NCBI GenBank assembly: GCA_040954595.2 | Contig: CM082576.2 | Coordinates: forward strand, 18,957,028 to 19,021,027 | Direction: 5' to 3' | DNA length: 64,000 bases | From: Balanoglossus misakiensis | Taxonomy: Eukaryota; Animalia; Hemichordata | Shown: one piece after another, positions 15,001-26,849 of the stretch | Layout: every line of letters begins with the position of its first letter | Position numbering within the stretch: position 1 is the stretch's first letter | Notes under the pieces: model-generated | Told to the model about the DNA's origin: nothing | Database searches by the model: none | What the model saw: only the letters and a program-made list of their open reading frames with translations | Made by a program: the position numbers and the translations under genes

Positions 15001-16035
15001 CAAAGTCGAAAATTTGTCATTTCTTAATGATTTTCACCCATGTTTTTTTTTCAAAAATCGACAAAATTTTGAGATTTTGCAAAGTCGAAAATTTGTAATT
15101 TTTTGATGATTTTCACCAATGTTTTTTTTTAAAAATCAACGAACCCATGATTTTTTTCAAAAATTGACAACATTTTGAGATTTTGCAAAGTCGAAAATTT
15201 GTTATTTTTTGATGATTTTCACCCATGATTTTTCTCAAAAATCGACGAAATTTTGAGATTTTGCAGAGTCGAAAATTTTTCATTTTTTGATGATTTTCAC
15301 CCATGATTTTTTTCAAAAATCGACGAAATTTTGAGATTTTGCAAAGTCGAAAATTTGTCATTTTTTGATGATATTCACCCATGATTTTTTTCAAAAATCG
15401 ACGAAATTTTGAGATTTTGCAAAGTCGAAAATTTGTCATTTTTTGATGATATTCACCCATGATTTTTTTCAAAAATCGACGAAATTTTGAGATTTTGCAA
15501 AGTCGAAAATTTGTCATTTTTTGATGATTTTCACCCATGATTTTTTTCAAAAATCGACGAAATTTGAGATTTTGCAAAGTCGAAAATTTGTCATTTTTTG
15601 ATGATTTTCACCCATGATTTTTTTCAAAAATCGACGAAATTTTGAGATTTTGCAAAGTCAAAAATTTGTCATTTTTTGATGATTTTCACCCATGATTTTT
15701 TTTCAAAAATCTGCGAAATTTTGAGATTTTGCAAAGTCGAAAATTTGTCATTTTTTGATGATTTTCACCCATGATTTTTTTTCAAAAAATCGACGAAATT
15801 TTGAGATTTTGCAAAGTCGAAAATTTGTCATTTTTTGATTATTTTCACCCATGATTTTTTTTTTCAAAATTCGACAAAATTTTGAGATTTTGCAAAGTCG
15901 AAAATGTGTCATTTTTTGATGATTTTCACCCATGATTTTTTTCAAAAATCGACGAAATTTGAGATTTTGCAAAGTCGAAAATTTGTCATTTTTTGATGAT
16001 TTTTACCCATGATTTTTTTTTTTAAAAATCGACCA
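1..16035. repeat. Satellite DNA array, 78-bp monomer with interspersed ~28-30-bp truncated units
   Basis: Monomer CCATGATTTTTTTCAAAAATCGACGAAATTTTGAGATTTTGCAAAGTCGAAAATTTGTCATTTTTTGATGATTTTCAC repeats head-to-tail. A short unit CCATGTTTTTTTCAAAA(A/T)T(C/G)AACGAAC is interspersed. The ORF track shows 26-aa periodicity (78 bp). The array runs off the left edge. Confidence 0.97.
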
Positions 16036-16185
16036 AATAAATAAAACAACAATACTGTTGAATTAACGGATGTTTTATTTTGAAATTGCTCTGTGGAAAT
16101 ATTTTTCACTTTGGCACGCGCGATGCCCGTCTTGTCACTTTTTGTCGTCTGCTTCATGTTTAATGCTCGATCCCGGCTGGATCCC

Positions 16186-16340
16186 GGCCTTGCCGTTGTA
16201 TGGGCATGCGAACGATTCCACTTGTATGTATATGGTCAGAAATTCACCATTGTGACAGACCACAAGCCGTTGGTCCACATATACAACAATCCAATTTCGA
16301 AACCACCTGCCAGAATCGAACGTTGGGCACTGAAAATCAA
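16186..16340 (+). mobile_element. Ty3/Gypsy LTR retrotransposon pol fragment (RNase H)
   Basis: Translation LAVVWACERFHLYVYGQKFTIVTDHKPLVHIYNNPISKPPARIERWALK carries the Gypsy RNase H motifs TDHKPL and RIERW. Confidence 0.9.
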
Positions 16341-16543
16341 CAACAGTTAAATCAAAACTGATGTACCTAAAGACAAGCATGAAATAATGCATCAACTTGA
16401 TTTTTATGAACAGTTTGGGAAATTTGAGAATATTATCTCAGAAGGAAAAACTATCTACTTTCTCACCTTGAATAAAGTTGATATTTCACCAAAAATTACA
16501 GTGAAGCAATAAAATTTTTGATGAGGAAACTTCTCAATTGCCA

Positions 16544-16694
16544 ACATACATACATACATACATACATACATACATACATACATACATACATACATACATA
16601 CATACATACATACATACATACATACATACATACATACATACATACATACATACATACATACATACATGCATACATACATACATACATACATACA
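16544..16694. repeat. (CATA)n microsatellite
   Basis: About 150 bp of near-perfect CATA repeats. Confidence 0.98.
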
Positions 16695-16797
16695 ATTTAA
16701 AATAATTTAGGGAGTGATTAAGACTTCAACTTGGACTCTATTGATAATAATATAACTCTTTGTAATAAATGCCATCGGTGCTTAAATCTTCATTATA

Positions 16798-17103
16798 TTA
16801 TACCAGTATATTGATGGTGTAAATCACGCTATTTGATTGGTCGAGACACGACACGTGACCGTGATATATTAGCCATATACCACAGTCATATATCATAGTC
16901 AAAGAAAATGCCTTTTTAAAATGTTTAATGCAAAGTTTCAATATACTGGCATAATATAATAGCAATAAAACACCCCAGTCATGGTATACCACTCGATTTT
17001 GACCAGTTCAACTCCATATACGCACTCGCTATCGCTCGTGCGTATATGTCGTGAACTGGTCAAAATCTCGTGGTATACCATGGCTGGGGGTGTTTTATTG
17101 CTT
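16798..17103. mobile_element. Non-autonomous double-hairpin element (possibly Crypton-like)
   Basis: IR pair TTATACCAGTATATTGA/TCAATATACTGGCATAA (16798-16954), followed by a ~140-bp hairpin (16961-17102) with loop ACTCGCTATCGCTCGT. Confidence 0.55.
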
Positions 17104-17195
17104 AAATATTAAATCAAGTCAATCAATGTGCACAAACATTACACACACACTCATTAATACATAGAGACAGACACAGACAGACACATACACACTCA

Positions 17196-17232
<37 letters not shown>

Positions 17233-18039
17233 CCTATTTTGCTTTAATTTTTTTGTTTGAAACTTTCATATCAACTGAAGAGTTGTTGACGTTTGACCTT
17301 GGATGTACTGAGGTCACCATACACACTCACATTTGTCTGTGTCATAATCACAGACTGAAGCAAAGTAAAATAAATCACAGCAGCTGTACTGATGTTAACA
17401 TTGCATTGTTTAATATTCAAGATCAAGTTAAAGTGCATTTATTTATTGGAAGAATCCAGTTATGGCAACTTGATCCTAGGCGATGTAACTATCCGCCCCA
17501 CACACAAGTTGAATCATGTATGATATATGTTTCAAACAGCGCGGCATAAGGCCAGAGTTAGCCTCAAGTTGTGATGGCATATATATATATATATATATAT
17601 ATATTGATGGCATATGTTACATCATGAATCAAAAATCAAGCAAGTTAAGTTGAGTCCGAGATACTGACAAGAACGTCTCAGTCAACCTATTGCATGCAGC
17701 ACATTGTCAACGTCGCGTCGATCGTGTTTGGCATGATCATGATGACGCTTGACGTGCAAGGCGACTCAATAGATTGCCACATCACAAACCAGTACAAATT
17801 GTGCATCGTGTGGTCATGTTACGTGTACGACAAATCTGCCGGTTATGAGAAGGAGGTAAAATCTCAACTTACCAACACTCAGTCAGTCTGATAAGATACG
17901 ATGCAGCATGTAAGGCAGAATCCGACGAAAAGTCCTGGTACTAGGTCAAGCTAGTAAAAGAATGCCATATTCTCTGTACCGATACACCGCCCTCTCTGGA
18001 CAGTCTCCGTACCAATACACCCGCCCTCTTTAGACAAAT

Positions 18040-18483
18040 TTATCTCGAGATCTCGAGATAAAAAAATAAAAAGTCGGGAAAACGAATTGGAATTATCTCG
18101 AGATCTCGAGATAAAAAAATAAAAAGTCGGGAAAACGAACTTGAATTATCTCGAGATCTCGAGATAAAAAAATAAAAAGTCGGGAAAACGAATTGGAATT
18201 ATCTCGAGATCTCGAGATAAAAAAATAAAAAGTCGGGAAAACGAACTTGAATTATCTCGAGATCTCGAGATAAAAAAAATAAAAAGTCGGGAAAACGAAT
18301 TGGAATTATCTCGAGATCTCGAGATAAAAAAATAAAAAGTCAGGAAAACGAATAGCATTATCTCGAGATCTCGAGATAAAAAAATAAAAAGTCAGGAAAA
18401 CGAATGGAATTATCTCGAGATCTCGAGATAAAAAAATAAAAAGTCAGGAAAACGAATGGAATTATCTCGAGATCTCGAGATAA
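18040..18483. repeat. Minisatellite, 52-54-bp unit with perfect 22-bp palindrome TTATCTCGAGATCTCGAGATAA, 9 palindrome copies
   Basis: Palindrome starts at about 18040, 18093, 18146, 18199, 18252, 18306, 18358, 18410 and 18462. Confidence 0.93.
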
Positions 18484-20499
18484 TTTTTTATTTATTGCGT
18501 ATATACATGTCCCCAACTGGCTTTCATATAAAACCACTGCATCAGGTGAATCTCAATTTTTAAGAGCGATACTTCAAACATGCAGCACTGTTTACAAATC
18601 GGGGTCAAAGGTTATACAAGAATAACCATGTACAGTTGGTATTTTTCGGATGTACCTCTGGCCATGGCCTTGGTCTATAAATTGTTCTTGACAACATATA
18701 TTTTTAAAGATTTTGGTTTACTGAATTACATCTATAGCTTATAGTGATGGCTGTTTACCTAATAATTATTTTAACAACGCCAACTTAGCTGGCGCTGGAT
18801 CGAGGGTACAGGACTATCCTAGGTCAAGGGTCAATCGTGAATGTTTTGGTCGCGAATCAGCTGATCTTTTACAACAGCGTGTTACGCCCCTTTTTTAAAT
18901 TTCTCATGAGTGGAGACGTCAGTGAAAGAACATATTTCGGATAATGGAGCATTCTTGGCAGTGTTTTCAAAGGGTTTCGCAACCTTTCTACATGGGACGC
19001 GGCGGCGCTTGGCAGAACTTTGCGAGGTGGTCGTCATCACAGGTCGCACCGTAGTTGAGAGAGAGAGCCATGACACTGACAGAGCCGGGTGAGTGATTGA
19101 GATCCTGGATCAGTTGCCGTCACTCAGATCACTAGACATTCTCTCTCATTAGGGTGTAGCTACGGTGTTGCCACGGGACCTACGACGTTTTATCGTGACG
19201 TCGGTGTTGCCCCGACCGGCCAGGGAAGTATATCAGATATGATGAGTCCGGTGATGACTTGGCTTTACGGCAGTCGCTGTGCCTGTAGATAAAGGAAAGG
19301 AACAGTACAACGCGCCGCCAGTGTGATTAGCATCGCTTGGAGCAAGACTAGATGACAGACATCGCCAGGGTCGTTGGCAAGACCTTGGCGGGCAGAGATG
19401 TGTGACACAGGTCCTCCTACAGGTAAGCCAGTCTTAATTCTTTTACATGCTTTTCAGAGTCAGCTTTTTGAGATGGTGAGATCTCTGTCTGGTGGTTTCT
19501 CTGTGTGACCTTTAGCTCTGCATACAGCCGGGAACACATAGACCTGTACGCAGAGCTATGTGACCTTCTGAGTCATATAATAATGTCACATTTAGTACTA
19601 CATTATCTCTATGGAAACACAGCTAGGGGGAGGGTGGAGGGGGGGGGGGTTCTATGCTGGTTTCCCCCATCATAGACCCACCCGTGACCCCCACCACAAA
19701 AATCTGTTGTGAAACAACAGCCAAACCAGTGCACTATATCACAGTCCCTCTATTACATACTGTGACTGTATAAGCTAAAAAATAAGACATTCACTTTTTG
19801 AAATAAACATTTCTCTGTTAATTATCTCTGAAAGCTTGATATAGGAGAACATTTCGGTTACTTCAATGTCACCATTGTTTTCACTACTATCACGTAACAA
19901 GCAATTTAAATTACCTTCGCAAAAACAGTATGCTCTATGTTTTTTTGTTAACGCTTTGAGATGTCTGGCTCAAATCTTCGTGAATGCAAGCTGTCATAAC
20001 TTTTGTACAAAGTAGTGTCTCATTTTTTTTTAAAGCAACTAGCTTGATTTTTAAAATGAAAAAAACTTCTGATATACTAGGAATAGTAGGATTTATTCAC
20101 TGCTCCAGAAGTTTTCTGAATTACAATGCACTTAACGGGACATTAGCTGTAACTTTTGGCTTTAATTGATGTACATATATTTTTGTTCTGAGTATCAATG
20201 GGAATTTCTTGTTCTACTCCAAACAGCATGCTAATATACCCATTTATACTTCACTTGTCAACATAGCCCGTGAATGTGTAATGTTATCATTCACATTTTT
20301 TTACTACTGTTACGTAAATATGCAACATGTCTAAAAAATATGTTTTTATAGAATATATTTATTTATTTAGAGTAAAATGTTTTTGGTGACATTTAAATAT
20401 TTAGTGGATGGTATTTTATACATCAATTGTGGGTTTCAACATATTGTTGGGAGTAGCACAAGAATCTTAAGTGGCCACATAGAATTAATTTTCAACCTT

Positions 20500-20677
20500 C
20501 AGTAAAACCTGTCAAAACCAAACCCTGTCTAATCTGGAAACCTGTCTATACTGAACACCTTTTCAGTACCTTCGACATAGAATCACATGTTAAAAGAACC
20601 TTTACAAACTGGAAATGTCTGTAAACTGAACAATTTCTTCAGTGCCTTCAGTGTTCGGTTCAGACAGGTTTTACTGT
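20500..20677. mobile_element. Tc1/mariner-pogo-type MITE (CAGTAAAACCTGTC...GACAGGTTTTACTG)
   Basis: Terminal inverted repeats with TA at the right end. Related copies at ~52203-52390 and ~57244-57416. Confidence 0.65.
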
Positions 20678-20682
20678 ATTTA

Positions 20683-21140
20683 ATTTCTCACACTGCTGGC
20701 CGCTGGGAGTGTGGGATAGGATATCCCCGACGAGTGTGAGAAATACGATCTCAGGTCCTTGGGAGTGTGAGATTCTATTATTCTCACACTCTCACTGAAT
20801 CGAAAGCTGTATATGACGCGAGCGCTGATTGGTTGACAAAGAGTTCTTTCTCTTCGCGCACTAAATGTTATCCAATGGCGTGATGTGTATTACAGGCACA
20901 GAACTATAACGTGCCCCCAGTCGACAGTTCAAGAGTCATTTATTCAATGTTTTAACGAATTTGGCTAATTTGTGACCGTGTGAGAAAAATAATCTCACAC
21001 ACCAAGGACCTGGGATCGTATTTCTCACACTCGTCAGGGATATTTTGTCCCACACTCGCCTGCGGCTCGTGTGTGACAGAAAATCCCCAACTCGTGTGAG
21101 AAATACGATCCCAGGTCCTTGGGAGTGTGAGATTCTATTA
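20683..21140. mobile_element. Non-autonomous hairpin element family (CTCACAC/GTGTGAG family), copy 1
   Basis: Terminal hairpin 20991-21134 with loop ACTCGCCTGCGGCTCGT. Reverse-oriented homologues at ~47551-48198 and ~50690-51082. Confidence 0.7.
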
Positions 21141-22255
21141 ATCCCAAATGTCATAGCAGCTGCCCCTTTAAAACAATTTCTTTAAAAAATGTGTTTCTAA
21201 TAGATTTGGTCAGGTGGAAAAGTATGTCACATACTGTTTTCACTGAACACTGATGTGGTTGCAATTTTATTGACACAAATTGAATCACACTATGCATCAC
21301 ATTAGACTTAGGGGTAAACCATTTTATATTTAGGAGAGTGCAGTTTAGTTTCTACTCTGCCTATTCTCTGATGTTTTTTCTTTACTATTTGGCAGAGGCA
21401 AAATGCAGACTTGTTATGGAAGTGTTCCTAAGTAACTATGCATACATTATTTCTGTTAATCTAAGCACATTATGTAAAATATAAATCAACCAGGTAGACT
21501 CATGTCTCCCCCTACAGTAATGGTGACAATTCTTTTTATAGTACCCAACTTACTCAAGTAAACACACTTAATGTTAGCAAACAGTCCTATAGATATAGCC
21601 TGGTCCCCTGTCCCATTCCTGCTGCTGGTAGTGACAGCAGGGTTAGAAAGTGGGCAGAGAACAAGAGTATCTTACAGGCCTCTTTCATGACCCCTGTGTG
21701 ACCTTACATCCTGGTGATTTGTTGGTTTGACATCATTCATCATTCAATGTTGAACAGCTAACCTTTTCTAACAGGCAATGTTCACCAGTTTTGTTCAAGG
21801 ATGAGAAAAAATGCATTGATTCAATAGCATGGTTGGTAAACTCGAAATTGTATACTCACACCGACAAAAAGCCAGGATGTAGAGGTCAAAAGGGGTCATA
21901 AAAGTGGCATGATATAGCACAGTTGCCAGTGGTGTAATGTTTATATGAACTGTGCAACTTCATTCATATTTCTTAGTGGCAGTAATGTTATTATAAATAT
22001 AAACTGACATCTGAAATCACTTTGCGATGTCGAAATTCAGTGGGAAGAAACAAACGCCAAAAGTTACCACATTTTATACTGACACTTATTTGTTTTGTAC
22101 AGTTTACCCTATGGATCCAGCTATCATAGGAATAGGTGCAATAATTGTAGCTTTGGTGGGCTGGTTGATCGCTTATGGGCTTGATCAATCATCCCATCTA
22201 GGCTACAATTATTGCAGATATCATAGGAAGGGCACATTGGGAACCCCCCCCCCCC

Positions 22256-22286
<31 letters not shown>

Positions 22287-22344
22287 ATTTGGGCGACAAC
22301 ACAATATATATATGATGCAGTCTACAAGTTGCACCGAAATATCT

Positions 22345-23220
22345 TTAGGTCCCATTTGTATATACTGGTGGTACCTCATGAGATCGGTTGCGTCTGTATG
22401 GATGTATGTCCGTTCACATCAAAAACTTGAAAACCGCTGAGCATATAACCTCGATATTTGGTGTGCAGATGCAGGCAGGGCTGTAGATGGGAGTTTGTTC
22501 AAATGAAGTTGTTGGGAAAAACGTAAATTTGGCCAAAACTCAGAAACTCAACAACCACTGGTCATATTGATTTGAAAATTGGTATGCATGTACCTTATAT
22601 TTACCTCACACAGTTGTGTATGTTTTGAACTAATAGTTTGTATTTTCTATAATTTATGTATTTTTTTGTCTTTTTCCACATTTTTGGTAAAAAATCTACT
22701 TTTCTGGAATTGATGACCTGACTTCTTTGAAATTTAGTATGGGGCTTCATATAGGTGATGTGAGTTATCAAAGTTTTGTTTAAATTTGCTGCAAAATTTG
22801 CAAATTTATAATTTTGGTGCAAATTTTGCCTTTTTGATCAATTTTTTTCTGTAAAACCGTTTGTCAGATTGCTTTGAAATTTGGTAGGCATAGAGATGTG
22901 TGTTTGTCAAATCAATTTGTAGAATTCAATAGTATATTTTTGGGGTGATTTTTGCCATTTTTGGTCAAAACTCTTTCTCAGAACCCTCTACCCCATTGCT
23001 TTGAAATTTGATTTGAAGGTTCCATGGTGAGTTGTCATGATGATTTACAAAACCTATGATGAAAGTGTCAATGTTTTGTGGGGGCAATGTCTTGTATTTT
23101 GGGGGTATATTTACCAATTTTGATAAAAAATTATATTTCTCAGAAAGTGTACACTGTATGGCTGATTTCTATAAATTTTAGTTGTAAGTTAATGGGATTG
23201 GCTTCTTTAGAATTATTATG
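22345..23220 (+). mobile_element. Helentron-associated/DINE-1-like non-autonomous element
   Basis: Starts in a T-rich site with a short stem (GGTCCCAT...GGTACC) and a GTAT/GGAT microsatellite core, then degenerate internal repeats. An inverted homologue lies at ~25250-25492. Right boundary approximate. Confidence 0.5.
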
Positions 23221-24135
23221 AAATCATATCATAGGTAATTTGGAATTTCTACTGGGCTTGCGTTTGATATTTTATTTTTTACGCGCAGTGCACGCAAAGA
23301 GCCAATTTTTTTTTCGCGAAATTGTATTTGAATTACGTGCAACAAAATAGCGATAGACAAGCAGGCTTTCAGATAAACATACTTGAATGAGTTCTCCCTT
23401 CATGTCTAGATGGCCCAACACAAAAAATATCATATAGAATGTAGCGAATAAAGTACATAAACATCATGAAAGAGACTGTGTACAGTGGTCCCCCCCCCCC
23501 CCGATACGTATTAAGTACAGACAAGGTATGGAATTCTTGTGTTATATCATCAAGGAAAATGACCCAGAAGCCCTACTTGCTTTGTTATATCTAATGGCTT
23601 CTGTGTGCATAAATTATAGCCCAACACGTGTCAAGTTTGTGGCCTAGGTTACCGCACGTACATCATTGTGCGTCCTGCTACAGCATACAAGCGCGCGTAC
23701 GCGTACATGTGTACAGGGCGCCTGACCGGCCAACCTTGACAAGGCGCCCCAGATAGCCTCGCCCGCTGTTATCTTTCAATGGATTTTTTTTGTGCGCATG
23801 TCACGCAACTGTGACAAAATATTTGCGCGCACACATTGTAGTTTTGTGTTATTTAGTGTTATTTTAAATGGGTGTCACACCGATTTAATCAGCCTCCATT
23901 CAAAGAGTACACAACAGTCGTGTTATGCATTAATTAGCAAAAGATGATAAACTGATGCGGATACAATCAATATAGCTTAATGGTGATGATTCTAAAGCAG
24001 AAGGCTAATTGTCATTAGTATCATACATGCAGAGCCTGAATTTGCCACTTTCTATTGTTCTCACCAAATTTAGTGTAATAACCCCTAAGTACCACCCTCT
24101 AATTTTAAAGAACACTAATTATGGAAGCCCATTAA

Positions 24136-24220
24136 CCCTTTCACAACCAAGGTTCAGTCAAAACCCATTGTTTTCTATGAAAAGGTTTGACCTGCATAGA
24201 AGGAACTTGGGGTGAAAGGG
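24136..24220. mobile_element. 85-bp piggyBac-type MITE
   Basis: TTAA|CCCTTTCAC...GTGAAAGGG|TTAA. Degenerate copies at ~26412-26504, ~41512-41603 and ~57436-57510. Confidence 0.7.
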
Positions 24221-24381
24221 TTAAAGGGACAAAGTCGCTCTTTTTGACTTTTGACTCACTTGCTTTTATTAGAGGTTCCTACCTTTAAATGTTTCATAAA
24301 ATGTTTAATCAAATCTGTCTACAATCAGAGTAGACATTGTTTACATATACCTTTTGTTAAATGATTGTTGTTGTATTTCAG

Positions 24382-24480
24382 ATTGTTGTCAGGAGCAGGT
24401 GAGAAATATGGTATGATTTCTGAAGGTCTGAGTACTGCATTGCAGTTATTTGACGATATGAAGAGGTTACGATATTCAAG
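24382..24480 (+). pseudogene. MED25: MED25-like VWA-domain exon (99 bp)
   Basis: AG/GT-bounded exon encoding [32 protein letters not shown]. This matches my recollection of MED25 [28 protein letters not shown]. Confidence 0.85.
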
Positions 24481-25014
24481 GTAATTATGGTAAAATTCTG
24501 AGTTTCAAGATCATTCTCTACATATGGCCCTGACTTTTTTTGGTGGTTTATCTGTTTTTGTAAAGTTCACCATGTCAACCAGGAAATGATTCCATACAGA
24601 CAGTGGAGTACAACTGAGATGTGAAGTACATTGAAACCTGCCTAGGAAGGACATCTCTGGGACCACAAAATGTGTCCTTAATAGAGAGGTGTCCTTAAAG
24701 GGACAAATTCTCTCCCTCGCTGCCCCTTTTCCATGAATTAGGTTTGTTACAGGGCACCATTTCTGTTATTCTCCATGTGGATATATAGTGAATCAATGTT
24801 TCACCACACACAACTTCAACCCTGCTTGTAGCCACCAGAGTGATAAAAAACACACGCCAATAATCGGTCTCTATCATTTATTCATTTTATGCGAGTTTTT
24901 ATGCTCATATCATTCAAGTGGGATGGAAATTGTGTATGGTTGAACGTTCATTAACTACATATACACATGTACATTAATATAAAATGTCTCTTGTATCAAA
25001 CATAATGGAAAAAA

Positions 25015-25492
25015 TCGCGTCAAGGACACAGTGGTCCCATTGAGGGAATACACAAGAAAAAGTCTACACCGGAGTAAATGGCGATATACTGACAGACACA
25101 CACACTAAATAGAACAGCTGGCCTCTTTAAAACTTAGCCAGTTATGTAATCATTCAGGAATTTCCTGTGTATATAAACAACTCAATAAAGTAAATACACA
25201 CCACTTCGCAAAGCAATCTGACCAGTAGTTCTTGAGTTACTGAGTTTTGACTAAGTTCACATTTTTCCAGCTAATTTGCATATTTTTGGCAACGACAACT
25301 TCATTTGAACAAACTCCCATCTACAGCCCAGCCTGCATGTGCACACCAAATATCAAGGTGATACACACAGTGGTTTTCAAGTTTTTGATGTGGACGGACA
25401 TACATCTATACATCCATCCATACATACATACATACAGATGCAACCAATCCCATAAGGTCCCATGGTATATAGGCCTATACCAATGGCACCTA
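25015..25492 (-). mobile_element. Helentron-like/composite insertion specific to duplicate copy 1
   Basis: Absent from the paralogous site near 40580 (ATGGAAAAAAGGGCAGC), inserted in an A-run, and homologous to 22345-22560 and 50505-50600. Confidence 0.6.
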
Positions 25493-26568
25493 AAAAGGGC
25501 AGCGAGAGAGAGACTTTGTCCCTTTAACAGAAATGTGCATGTAATATTCTATTCAAACCATTACTCTTGTCTTGAACAATCTTTCCTTAATAGAAAGGTG
25601 TCCTGATTAGAGAGATGTCTGTATTAATTGACAGGTTTCACTGTATTATCAACATTTTCAGTTTCATAATCCTTCTGGATGTCTTTGTCAGAAAATTTTG
25701 ACAGCAGCCAAAACTTTCTCTGCCATACTCACAATAAGAGAAAGCTTGCACCTGTGTGTAAAACGGGTTATTTTCGCAAGCAATTAATTTTTGCGAAATA
25801 GGCGAGAGCCAACAAAATGTGAAAAGAAAAAGTTGCGTAAAATGTTTTTCGGAGATAAAGATGCAATGAAATACAAGAACATGAAAATTAATCCTCGCAT
25901 AACAGTTGCCTCTTTTAATATCGCGAACATTTCCTGTCACGAAAATAATCCGTTTTACAGTAATATTGAAGGTCAGAATGCTTTTGATGAGAGAACAATA
26001 CACCAGTTGCAAAGTATCTTGACTAACATAAAAATGATGGTATTTTCTGAAGAAGATATATTCTCGCAGTTGGTGTTTTGTTTCCTCATCAAAAGCATTC
26101 TGACCTTCAATATTATTCTGTTGAGCTATACATGCAATCTAGTCTATATATGTTCAGAGGTGATTATATCATCCATAATAGATCCTAAATACTAAAAGAG
26201 CATAAAATGACTGCGACAGATACTTTGTAAGTTGTAACAGGTGGGAAATAAGAATTTGGATAACACTGACAGTATTTTGGCTATTGTTGGGGGGTGGGGT
26301 GGAGCAATAAGTGATTTTGAAACCCCATGTAACACCTGTCTTACCATTAATATGACTGCATTTATGGTACCATAAGGAATGTTAACAAAATGACTGGGGA
26401 ACCCTGGTTACATTACCCTGATCACCACAATGGTTCAGTCCAACTGCATTGTTTTCTATGTTAAGGTTGGAGCACTGAAGAGGAAATTGGGGTGGAAGGG
26501 TTAAAAAAAACACTGACTGACAATACTGCCAATAACAAAATATTGTTTTATCTTCTCTTTGTATACAG

Positions 26569-26688
26569 CGCACCAATATAGAAACATTGTATATTGATCT
26601 GAACTCTCCTCCATATCCTTTGCCAAGTCAAGGTAGTATTAATTACAGTGGATTTACTGTAGAACAATTGGCTGCCATGTTGGGTGAG
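26569..26688 (+). pseudogene. MED25: MED25-like VWA exon, copy 1 (in-frame TAG plus 1-bp deletion)
   Basis: Encodes ...KHCILI/NSPPYPLPSQGSINYSGFTVEQLAAMLGE, similar to MED25 CLLICNSPPYLLP...YSG. It is 120 bp, versus 121 bp and open in copy 2. Confidence 0.85.
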
Positions 26689-26849
26689 GTAAGTAAGCGA
26701 TGTAAAACATTTCATACAACACTGCATACTAACAATAGTCATATCAACCTGACAAGGGAAGATGAAAAAAGCCTAAGCCCCTTTGAACAGCTGTATTTTC
26801 TTGGAATCTGGTTTTATAATACACTTTGATTGATTCCCTTACGAAAAAG

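Noticed and set aside
243-15972. Many ORFs encoding 26-aa basic repeats (MGENHQKMTNFRLCKISKFRRFLKKI)
   Set aside because: By-product of a 78-bp monomer lacking stops in one frame; frames break constantly at variable T-runs.
1-16035. CRISPR-like array
   Set aside because: No unique spacers, no cas genes and a eukaryotic context; it is a head-to-tail satellite.
16455-16700. ORFs MYVC.../HTYI...
   Set aside because: Translations of the (CATA)n microsatellite.
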